Below are positions 30,264-37,326 of a stretch of 64,000 nucleotides of DNA, piece by piece. Source of the DNA: an uncultured Candidatus Saccharibacteria bacterium (GTDB lineage Bacteria > Patescibacteriota > Saccharimonadia > Saccharimonadales > JAGQNK01); the NCBI GenBank assembly GCA_964636355.1, contig CAZWRG010000005.1, forward strand, positions 10,744 through 74,743. The letters run 5' to 3'. A program made the position numbers and the translations under genes. Below the pieces are notes generated by a model that worked only from the letters and a program-made list of their open reading frames with translations, ran no database searches and was not told where the DNA came from. The number at the start of each line of letters is the position of its first letter. Within the stretch, counting starts at the first letter, position 1.

Positions 30264-31254
30264 ATGCTGGATACTTCATATGCGGCAGTTTACCGAGCAT
30301 GGCTGAATTTTCGTAAAGGAAAGCAATCCAGCCAGGCAATCGATATCCAGCCAGGCAATCGATGCCTTTGCTTCCAGCTTAGAGGCTAATATTTTCCAGC
30401 TCAGCCGCGAAATTCGAACTGGTCATTATCGCCATGGCGGTTACCTAAAAGTCACTGTGCAGGAGAAAAAACGCAGAAATCTGGCTGTGACAACAGTGCG
30501 CGACCGGGTCGTGCACAGGCTACTTTACAATTATTTAGTAAACAAATTTGATAGAAGTTTTGATTATGATGTGTGGTCGTGCAGGAAAAACAAAGGGCTG
30601 CATAAGTGCTTAGATAGAACAAAAACTCTTTTAAATAAATATTCTCAATCATATATTTGGCGGGCTGACGTGCAGAAGTTTTTTGATAGTGTAAATCATG
30701 AGATTTTACTCGAAGCTATTATGCGCAAAATCTCTGACCCTGTAGCTGTTTGACTGTGCCAAGAGACAGTAATTAGCTACAGCTTGCCAAGCCAGAGTTA
30801 CACCGGTATACCAATTGGTAATCTGACTAGTCAAATATTCAGTAATATTTATTTAAATGAGTTTGATAGATTTGTACGACGCCAGTTAAAGCCATTGGCG
30901 TATTTACGCTACGGCGATGATTTTGTGTTGTTTGCTCCGACTCGCCGCCGTGCATATCAGTTTCAGTGTAAAGCCACCCAGTTTTTATATGATAACCTCA
31001 GTCTCTCAATAAATCATAGAAACAATATAGTTGTGCCTGCGGCAGATGGGCTAAAGTTTCTGGGTCATGAAATTAGTACCGATTCTTACGTGGTAGATAA
31101 ACATACCACTCGTTCGGTGCTTAAAAAGGTTAATGCTAGCAATGCAGCAAGCTACAAGGCTCTGTACTTGCCGCCGTCCGCCAGACAGCAGTTAGATTGG
31201 ATTTTGCTTGATGAAGTGAATAAAATAATTGACAATGGCATAGAGTTGTTATAA
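30264..31254 (+). pseudogene. DGR-type reverse transcriptase, disrupted by a frameshifting 19-bp tandem duplication and an in-frame TGA
   Basis: Removing one copy of the 19-bp duplication and reading through the TGA at 30751-30753 gives one continuous RT: MLDTSYAAVYRAWLNFRKGKQSSQAIDAFASSLEANIFQLSREIRTGHYRHGGY..VRDRVVHRLL..ADVQKFFDSVNH..GIPIGNLTSQIFSNIYLNEFDRF..YLRYGDDFVLF. IGNLTSQ is the DGR-specific (I/L)GxxxSQ motif and YGDD is the catalytic box. Confidence 0.85.
30326..30363 (+). repeat. perfect 19-bp tandem duplication (ATCCAGCCAGGCAATCGAT x2) inside the RT N-terminus
   Basis: Read directly: 30326-30344 is identical to 30345-30363. 19 is not a multiple of 3, so the frame shifts and stops at TAA (30378-30380), about 15 nt after the repeat. 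Confidence 0.9.
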
Positions 31255-31300
31255 AATACAGCTAATTTATTTAGTTTAGTCAAATGTAGGAGATTTTTAT

Positions 31301-32101
31301 ATGGCGATTGAAGGATTGATGGAGAAGCGTGAAGTCGGGATGTTCAAGCTTGGGCGGCCAGACGTAGCTGAAGCCGTCGGCGTTACAATAGAAGCTTATA
31401 AGGCCTTAGGGTTTAGCCCGGACGTGGACCGTGCAACAGAAACCATGACTGCTGAATTTGAGTCAGTCGCACAAATAGGTGGTTACGATGGACGATTATT
31501 CGTGCCAGTGCCAAAAGAAGTTCCATTTCAGCAATTACTAGATACCGCCGAAGGTAAACGACCAGATGAAGTACAGCCTGCTTATAAATATGTCCCGCTT
31601 TGGACTCCTGGCAACCCGAATCATAGTGGTTACACTGCTGAAGAGCTCGATCAAGCTCCAAGTACTCCGCAAGCTCGACTAGCTGTGTTCAATGCTAGTG
31701 ATACGGGGGTTGATCCGCTGCTCCATTACCTGGGTTTGCCATATGACCGTGAAGCTATGGGGCAGTATGGCGGTGAGACAACACAGAAGGCTAAACTGGG
31801 TGAAGATACCATGGCCTTTGAAGATAAGCGTCCAGAGCTTGAGCTTATTGCTCTAGACCATAGAGACTTTGCTCTTATGGCATTAATGGATAGGATACGG
31901 GGTGTAGATCCAGAGGACATGATCTTAAGCCGTGGTTTTATGCGAACTGTGCATCTAGGCCGCAAAGCTGTGGGCGGCGGCTCGGTTGTCGGCTACGTGG
32001 ACTCGGACGGTGGTCAGCTGCGGTTTGACGGGTCGCTTGGTGTCGCGTATGACAACGGGGGTGTTGGCCTCTCGGTGGGGCAAAAGCTAGCAGATGCTTA
32101 G
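31301..32101 (+). CDS. DGR target (variable) protein, 266 aa, with the VR at its C-terminus
   Basis: The ORF ends in ..AVGGGSVVGYVDSDGGQLRFDGSLGVAYDNGGVGLSVGQKLADA, and the last roughly 40 codons are the VR. No signal peptide or TM helix is visible. Confidence 0.85.
   Translation: MAIEGLMEKREVGMFKLGRPDVAEAVGVTIEAYKALGFSPDVDRATETMTAEFESVAQIGGYDGRLFVPVPKEVPFQQLLDTAEGKRPDEVQPAYKYVPLWTPGNPNHSGYTAEELDQAPSTPQARLAVFNASDTGVDPLLHYLGLPYDREAMGQYGGETTQKAKLGEDTMAFEDKRPELELIALDHRDFALMALMDRIRGVDPEDMILSRGFMRTVHLGRKAVGGGSVVGYVDSDGGQLRFDGSLGVAYDNGGVGLSVGQKLADA
31968..32080 (+). repeat. DGR variable repeat (VR)
   Basis: 113 nt that align with 32335-32446. By hand count there are 17-18 substitutions, all where the TR has A. 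Flanking invariant blocks include ggtggtcagctg and ggtgttggcctctcg. Confidence 0.9.
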
Positions 32102-32334
32102 ATTTTAGGCTTTTCATCTTTTTATATTTTTAGTTTTTTGATACTCTAACTTTGGATTTCGATCATAATTACGGCTGTATTTGGTTTACTTGTCTTAGTA
32201 AATTGCAGATGTTTGCCAATGATCAAATTATCAAATCGAAGTAAAATTATGCCCCACGTGAGGCCTAGAGTAAATTGACGATTTTTCTCCGTATGCGTAC
32301 GGGTAACAGAAAACAAGAAGCGTAGGCTAACAAA

Positions 32335-32446
32335 CTGTGGACGGCGACTCGATTGTCGGCAACGTGAACTCAACGGTGGTCAGCTGAAGTTTGACAGGTC
32401 GAATGGTGACGCGAATGACAACGAGGGTGTTGGCCTCTCGATGAGA
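32335..32446 (+). repeat. DGR template repeat (TR)
   Basis: 112 nt, non-coding, A-rich at the variable positions. In the VR frame it has AAC/AAT/GAC codons (..VGNVN..NGDANDNEG..). It is 1 nt shorter than the VR in the A-run at 32372-32373. Confidence 0.9.
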
Positions 32447-32462
32447 CACAATTTTCTATGTA

Positions 32463-32500
32463 TTGGTTCACTCCTCTATAAATATTTGGGAGTGAATCCA
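32463..32500 (+). other. stem-loop immediately downstream of the TR
   Basis: ttcactcc (32467-32474) pairs with ggagtgaa (32489-32496), with extension tgg/cca around a 1-nt bulge and a 14-nt AT-rich loop. It lies between the convergent TR and avd. Confidence 0.4.
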
Positions 32501-32583
32501 AAATATGTATTCCTCCCCCTGAAGCTCAGCTGTCGTTTCATTCGCTTTGCTCAAAATACAAGTTTTGTTATGGAGACTTCCTG

Positions 32584-32919
32584 TCACAGGCTTTTTCGCC
32601 AACCGCCCAGCATACGGCCAATTTCTAGTGTTTTGGCCTGTAGCTGGTGTAGCGTTGTTTCGTTTGCTAGTTTTTGGGTAAGTAGTATACGAAGCAGGAA
32701 ATGTGTTAATTCTAACCGAGCAGATGCTTTTATAAGATATGCGCCTTTTTGAGCCGTTGGTGCGTATTTGGCCATAATGAGGAGTTCTAAAACATCTAGT
32801 GTGGTGCTTTCTAATCTTCTGCCAATAGTTTGCTTTTTGGTTGCCGGAAGCCTTTCGGCTATTGGACTGAGGCTTAGATATAATTCTTGGGTACGACTTA
32901 TTACTGATAGTTCTTGCAC
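32584..32919 (-). CDS. avd: Avd-like accessory variability determinant (four-helix-bundle / 23S rRNA IVS protein family)
   Basis: 111 aa, GTG start. The pattern YLSLSPIAERLPATKK..LDVLELLIMAKYA..K..YL..ASARLELTHFLLRIL...TLHQLQAKTLEIGRMLGGW parallels Bordetella phage bAvd (YLYPIAQSIPRKHG..VELFIVAGK..K..AGLAMLRFWLRFL..TPHQVETAQVLIAEVGRILGSW), as I recall that sequence from memory. Confidence 0.8.
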   Translation of the reverse strand: MQELSVISRTQELYLSLSPIAERLPATKKQTIGRRLESTTLDVLELLIMAKYAPTAQKGAYLIKASARLELTHFLLRILLTQKLANETTLHQLQAKTLEIGRMLGGWRKSL

Positions 32920-33017
32920 TATGTAAAATTAGCAGATTTACTCAGATCTTGCATGGCTTCTGAATCTTGAATTTATGAGAGATTAGATTTCTCGCAGTCG
33001 GGGTTAGTCAATTTAGC

Positions 33018-33311
33018 TTAAGGCTTGACATAACCTGGCGGTGTAGAGATGGGAGGGTTAGGCTTTATTTCGACACCATTTATTTCCAGGGCTTCAACCA
33101 TCTGCTGGGCAATCTGAGATTCTACTTGCCTAATAGAGCAGCCATGATAATTGCCGGCTTGAAAACAAGCCCGAACATCTTCACTGGTTGAATTAATAAA
33201 CCTTTTTAGTGCAGAGCCTAGAGTTTGGGCTTCGTCCAAGGTTATCTCTAGGGGATTGGTGTCAACTTTGATGTTTGCATCATTGACATGCTCTAGAGCC
33301 GCTATTCGCAC
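33018..33311 (-). CDS. hypothetical protein (97 aa), second gene of a tightly coupled two-gene pair
   Basis: GTG start at 33311, 2 nt after the stop of the upstream 51-codon ORF. No recognisable motif. Confidence 0.45.
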   Translation of the reverse strand: MRIAALEHVNDANIKVDTNPLEITLDEAQTLGSALKRFINSTSEDVRACFQAGNYHGCSIRQVESQIAQQMVEALEINGVEIKPNPPISTPPGYVKP

Positions 33312-33313
33312 TC

Positions 33314-33469
33314 CTAAATCAGCTGCACTAAACGCGCAGTATCAGTATCGTTGCGAAAACCGTTTACATATGAACCTAGGGCATTTACGGCTACGATTTT
33401 CTCATGGAAGTCGTAGCGTTCAACTGGTTCAAATTCAACTGCCAGTCCTTCGCTTGATAATAGTTTCAT
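33314..33469 (-). CDS. possible small protein (51 aa), first gene of the pair
   Basis: Hand-translated MKLLSSEGLAVEFEPVERYDFHEKIVAVNALGSYVNGFRNDTDTARLVQLI. Below the ORF-track cutoff. The stop abuts the start of the next ORF. Confidence 0.35.
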   Translation of the reverse strand: MKLLSSEGLAVEFEPVERYDFHEKIVAVNALGSYVNGFRNDTDTARLVQLI

Positions 33470-33529
33470 AACCAGCATTATATAATTTTATATGTCAGTT
33501 ATGTCAATCTCTGATAGAATATAACAGAT

Positions 33530-35428
33530 ATGAATGCGCAGGAAATTAGACAGGCTTATTTAGATTTTTTTGAAAAACGCCGCCACGCGGTGGTTCCTAG
33601 GACGCCGATTGTTCTTAAGGATGACCCAACTACCTTGTTTACAGGTTCTGGTATGCAGCCGATGATTCCGTACTTACTCGGTGAGCCGCATCCTAAAGGG
33701 CAGCGAATTGTTAATAGCCAGACTTGTCTGAGGGCTCAGGATATCGATGATATTGGTGATAATCGCCATACGACTTTCTTTGAAATGCTTGGTAATTGGA
33801 GCATGGGCGATTATTTCAAGCAACAGCAAATTGAATGGATGTTTGAGTTTTTGAGTGAAGTCGTGGGGCTTGATATGAGCAAGATTTACGTGACTTGTTA
33901 CATCGGTGATGAACGCTACGGCATTCCCAAAGATACAGAAGCGGCGGCCGTTTGGAAAGACCTGTATGAGGCAAAGGGCTTAAGTAGTGGCGAGGCTGAG
34001 ATTGGGTCTGAAGAAGATGGCTACAAGCGCGGCATTAAAGACGGCGAGCGGATTTTTTATTATGACGGCAGCAAAAACTGGTGGAGCCGCAACGGCGGAC
34101 CGGAAACCACGCCAATTGGCGACCCCTGCGGGCCGGACAGCGAAATGTTTTATGACTTCCAGACGCCGCATGACAGCGAATTTGGCGAACATTGTCATCC
34201 GAACTGTGACTGCGGTCGGTTTATGGAGATTGGCAACAATGTGTTTATGGCCTATAAAAAGGTGGCCGAAGACAAATTTGAGCCGCTTGAAAAGCCAAAT
34301 ATCGACCATGGCTCAGGGCTGGAGCGAATTGCCGCGGCGGCCATTAATGACCCAGATGTGTTTAAGATCAGCTTGATGTGGCCGGTTATCGAAAAGCTTG
34401 AACGTCTCAGCGGCAAGAAATACGAAAGCAACACCAGCGCCATGCGGGTAATTGCCGATCACCTTAGGGCAGCAACTTTCTTGGCAGTTGATGGCTGCGT
34501 GCCAAGCAACAAAGAACAGGGTTATGTGATGCGACGATTGTTGCGCCGGGCGATTCGTTTTGCTTTTGATTTGGGTGTTCAGCAGAATTTCTTTGAAGAA
34601 ATTGTGCCGGTAATTGCAGATATGTACGCTGATGATTTTCCAGAAGTCGTCGAGAAGCGTGATGAAGTCATTGCCGTGCTGGCCAAAGAAGAAAAAGCCT
34701 TCCGCCAAACTTTACGTAAAGGTCTCAAACAGCTGGAAAAGTTCGCGGAAGACGGCTTAACTGGAGTAGAACTATTTACTTTGTATGATACCTACGGCTT
34801 CCCAGTTGAGCTATCGACCGAAGAGATTTTTAAGCAAAACATAAAGATATCAGATAACTGGCGAGAAGAATTTGATGCCAAGATGAAAGAGCAACGGGAA
34901 CGCAGTCAGACGGCAACCAAAGGCACTTTCAAGGGTGGTTTGGGCGGCCAAACTATGCAACACAAAAAATATCACACTGCTACGCACTTGATGTATCAGG
35001 CGCTGCGCGATGTGTTGGGCGATCACGTTATCCAGCGCGGCAGCAATATTACTGAAGAACGACTAAGGTTTGATTTTTCTCATCCAGAGAAGGTAACTCG
35101 CGAGCAGCTTGATCAGGTGGAAGAAATTGTCAACCGCGAAATTGCCAAAGATTTGCAGGTCAGTTTCAAGGAGTACCCAACCGAAGAAGCCACCGGTAAA
35201 CTTGGCGCGCTCGGTCAGTTTGGCGACCGCTATGGCGACACAGTCAAAGTTTATTCGATGAAAGACCCTAAGTCTTCGCCAGATGAACGGCCCTTTAGCT
35301 TTGAGATCTGCGGCGGCCCGCACGTTGACCACACTTTGCAGCTATTTGAAAACGGCAAAAAGTTCAAAATCCTCAAAGAAGAATCCAGCTCAGCCGGAAT
35401 TCGCAGAATCAAAGCCGTCCTGCAATGA
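33530..35428 (+). CDS. alaS: alanine--tRNA ligase, short form (catalytic, tRNA-recognition and editing domains, no C-Ala domain)
   Basis: N-terminus IRQAYLDFFEKRRHAVVP.., FFEMLGNWSMGDYF, editing-domain HTATHLMYQALR and CGGPHV motifs. The protein ends at ..GIRRIKAVLQ right after the editing domain (632 aa). Confidence 0.9.
   Translation: MNAQEIRQAYLDFFEKRRHAVVPRTPIVLKDDPTTLFTGSGMQPMIPYLLGEPHPKGQRIVNSQTCLRAQDIDDIGDNRHTTFFEMLGNWSMGDYFKQQQIEWMFEFLSEVVGLDMSKIYVTCYIGDERYGIPKDTEAAAVWKDLYEAKGLSSGEAEIGSEEDGYKRGIKDGERIFYYDGSKNWWSRNGGPETTPIGDPCGPDSEMFYDFQTPHDSEFGEHCHPNCDCGRFMEIGNNVFMAYKKVAEDKFEPLEKPNIDHGSGLERIAAAAINDPDVFKISLMWPVIEKLERLSGKKYESNTSAMRVIADHLRAATFLAVDGCVPSNKEQGYVMRRLLRRAIRFAFDLGVQQNFFEEIVPVIADMYADDFPEVVEKRDEVIAVLAKEEKAFRQTLRKGLKQLEKFAEDGLTGVELFTLYDTYGFPVELSTEEIFKQNIKISDNWREEFDAKMKEQRERSQTATKGTFKGGLGGQTMQHKKYHTATHLMYQALRDVLGDHVIQRGSNITEERLRFDFSHPEKVTREQLDQVEEIVNREIAKDLQVSFKEYPTEEATGKLGALGQFGDRYGDTVKVYSMKDPKSSPDERPFSFEICGGPHVDHTLQLFENGKKFKILKEESSSAGIRRIKAVLQ
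35375..35424 (+). repeat. 50-bp direct repeat, copy 1 (the current 3' end of alaS)
   Basis: aaagaagaatccagctcagccggaattcgcagaatcaaagccgtcctgca is identical to 35515-35564. Confidence 0.9.
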
Positions 35429-35514
35429 GCCAGGGGAGAGCAGCCCGATGAAGCGATTCATTCGCTTCCCGGCGCGATGAGAGGGGATGTTCCCCTCTCA
35501 TAAGGCGAAGCCGA
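35425..35514 (+). other. 90-bp hairpin-rich insert between the two alaS-3' repeat copies
   Basis: Two stem-loops: gaagcga-ttcat-tcgcttc (35450-35468) and atgagagggg-atgtt-cccctctcat (35477-35501). An alternative pairing gcttc (35464-35468) with gaagc (35507-35511) would enclose the second hairpin. Confidence 0.6.
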
Positions 35515-35564
35515 AAAGAAGAATCCAGCTCAGCCGGAATTCGCAGAATCAAAGCCGTCCTGCA
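35515..35564 (+). repeat. 50-bp direct repeat, copy 2 (displaced former alaS 3' end)
   Basis: Identical to 35375-35424. It is followed by gtaa, so this copy would also read ..AVLQ-stop. Confidence 0.9.
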
Positions 35565-35631
35565 GTAATAATCACTATCAGTTTGAGATAAACCATAACA
35601 ACTGTTAAAATTTGTTGGCGAAAGGAAACAA

Positions 35632-35838
35632 ATGAGCATAGAAACAACAGGTGAAATGCAACGCGGAGAAAGCGGTCTACCAGATTGGTCACATCCGCTT
35701 AGAAGAGACGACTCGGGAGAGTTCCTATTCTATGGCCTGCCAATAAGCCAAGGTGATTTAAGCGCTTTTATTAAAAATAATCCGGACTTATGGGCTGATC
35801 TTGCGGATACTCCAACCACGCCGGACACTCTAGCTTAA
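35632..35838 (+). CDS. hypothetical small acidic protein
   Basis: 68-aa ORF with RBS aaggaaacaaATG. No recognisable motif. Confidence 0.4.
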   Translation: MSIETTGEMQRGESGLPDWSHPLRRDDSGEFLFYGLPISQGDLSAFIKNNPDLWADLADTPTTPDTLA

Positions 35839-35883
35839 AGTAGTTACAAAAAGCACCAAATTGCTTATCCTACAGATTAAGCG

Positions 35884-35892
35884 TGGTATAAT
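35884..35892 (+). promoter_or_regulatory. candidate extended -10 promoter element upstream of ftsA
   Basis: TGgTATAAT at 35884-35892. No good -35 at canonical spacing. Confidence 0.3.
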
Positions 35893-36030
35893 AAATAGCG
35901 ATTATGCCCCGTAGTTAGCTTTTTGCATTATGCGAATAAACAGAGTGTAGTCTAAAGTTACGGTGGGCGTAAGCATAAAAAGTTATAGTGAAAATTGTTG
36001 GCCAGTCCAGCAGAAAGTCTACTACAGGGT

Positions 36031-37323
36031 ATGCTTAATAAAATTTCAAAAATTTCCAGCTTGGCTCTGAAGAAAAAGACTAGTCAAGAGCCGGTTGACC
36101 AATATGTGGTTGGGCTGGACATTGGTACCGAGTTTGTCAAAGCTCTGGTGGCTAAAATTAATGATGATAACCTCGAGATCATAGGCATGGGCCGAGCGCA
36201 TCAGGAGTTTGCAGATATGCAGGCTGGTGCCATTTCAGACATTGGCGCGGTGGTTCGTAACTGCGACGCGGCTCTTAGTCAGGCTGAGCAACAAGCTGGC
36301 GTTACGGCCAGAACAGCAGTTATTGGAATTGCCGGTGAGTTGGTAAAGGGTACTACTACGACTGTTCGCTGCAGCAGAAAAGATTCTACAAAACCCTTAG
36401 ATGTTCCTGAGCTCGAGCAAATTATCGGCTTGGTTCAAGAACGGGCGGAAGCCAAAGCTAAAAAACAGCTAGCCTGGGAGCTGGGTGGCAAGGAAGTTGA
36501 GATTCGACTGGTCAACAGCGCGCTGGTTGGGATTGATATCGATGGTTATAAGGTGACTAATCCTATAGGTTTCCAGGGCAAAGATGTACTGGTCCAGCTT
36601 TATACTGCCTTTGCGCCGCTGATTCATATTGGAGCTTTGGAGCGGACCGCTGAAGAGCTGGATCTTGATTTATTAGCAGTGGCGGCCGAACCTTTTGCGG
36701 TTGCCAGATCGGTAATTGGCGATGACCCCAATGCTAATACCAGCGCCATAATTATGGATGTTGGTGGTGGCACAACTGATGTAGCGGTAATTGATGAGGG
36801 CGGCGTTCAGGGAACTAAAATGTTTGGTATTGGCGGCCGCGCTTTTACTAAGGCTATCGAACGGGAAATGAGCATTGATTTTACGAAAGCCGAAGAAATC
36901 AAACTAGCGCTGGATTCTAACCGAATTCCTCAGAATAAAAAACTGGCCATCGAAAAAATACTCAATAAGACTTTGGACGTGTGGCTGGATGGTGTCGAGT
37001 TGGCGCTCAGCGAATTCACCAACCTGGATGCTTTACCGAATCGGATTTTACTGTGCGGTGGTGGATCAAGTCTGGACTTATTAGTGGAACGCTTAAGCGA
37101 AACCAAGTGGTACAAGGATTTGCCGTTTACCAAAAAGCCGGTTGTCCAGCATATAAAACCCAAACGAGTTGTTGGCATGGTTGACAAAACTGGTAAAGTT
37201 TCTGACCATACACTAGTAACTGCTATGGGCCTTTTGAGGGTGGGCAACGACACACTTCAGCAGCAGGAAGACAGGCCGACTCATTCAATTAAAGAAAAAC
37301 TAGATAGGATGTTAAGAATTTAA
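36031..37323 (+). CDS. ftsA: cell division protein FtsA (actin-like ATPase)
   Basis: VVGLDIGTEFVKALV phosphate-1, IMDVGGGTTDVAVI phosphate-2, and LLCGGGSSL adenosine motif. The ORF is open from TTG 35995; ATG 36031 is taken as the start. Confidence 0.8.
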   Translation: MLNKISKISSLALKKKTSQEPVDQYVVGLDIGTEFVKALVAKINDDNLEIIGMGRAHQEFADMQAGAISDIGAVVRNCDAALSQAEQQAGVTARTAVIGIAGELVKGTTTTVRCSRKDSTKPLDVPELEQIIGLVQERAEAKAKKQLAWELGGKEVEIRLVNSALVGIDIDGYKVTNPIGFQGKDVLVQLYTAFAPLIHIGALERTAEELDLDLLAVAAEPFAVARSVIGDDPNANTSAIIMDVGGGTTDVAVIDEGGVQGTKMFGIGGRAFTKAIEREMSIDFTKAEEIKLALDSNRIPQNKKLAIEKILNKTLDVWLDGVELALSEFTNLDALPNRILLCGGGSSLDLLVERLSETKWYKDLPFTKKPVVQHIKPKRVVGMVDKTGKVSDHTLVTAMGLLRVGNDTLQQQEDRPTHSIKEKLDRMLRI

Positions 37324-37326
37324 ATC

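Larger units (their letters stand above)
30264..32919 (+). mobile_element. diversity-generating retroelement cassette: RT, target gene with VR, TR, and avd on the opposite strand
   Basis: All four DGR components are recognisable and contiguous; see the individual features. Confidence 0.88.

Noticed and set aside
30326-30363. Tandem 19-bp repeat considered as a mini CRISPR or other repeat array.
   Set aside because: There are only two abutting copies with no spacer, inside a recognisable RT reading frame. It is a simple tandem duplication.
30751-30753. The in-frame TGA in the RT as evidence for an alternative genetic code (TGA as Trp or Gly, as in some CPR lineages).
   Set aside because: TGA is the stop codon of several well-supported genes here, including atpH (17095-17097), atpG (19541-19543) and alaS (35426-35428). 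Long conserved genes contain no internal TGA. Standard code 11 fits, so the RT TGA is a lesion or an error.
32146-32752. ORFs 32146-32373 (-) and 32441-32752 (+) spanning the TR region and avd.
   Set aside because: They overlap the non-coding TR or run antisense to the Avd-like gene. They have no motifs, and the TR/VR and Avd interpretation explains the region better.
35283-35639. ORFs 35283-35480 (+) and 35409-35639 (-) over the alaS 3' duplication.
   Set aside because: One is an alternative frame of alaS and the other is antisense across the repeat and hairpin insert. The region is better explained as duplicated alaS terminus plus structured non-coding DNA.
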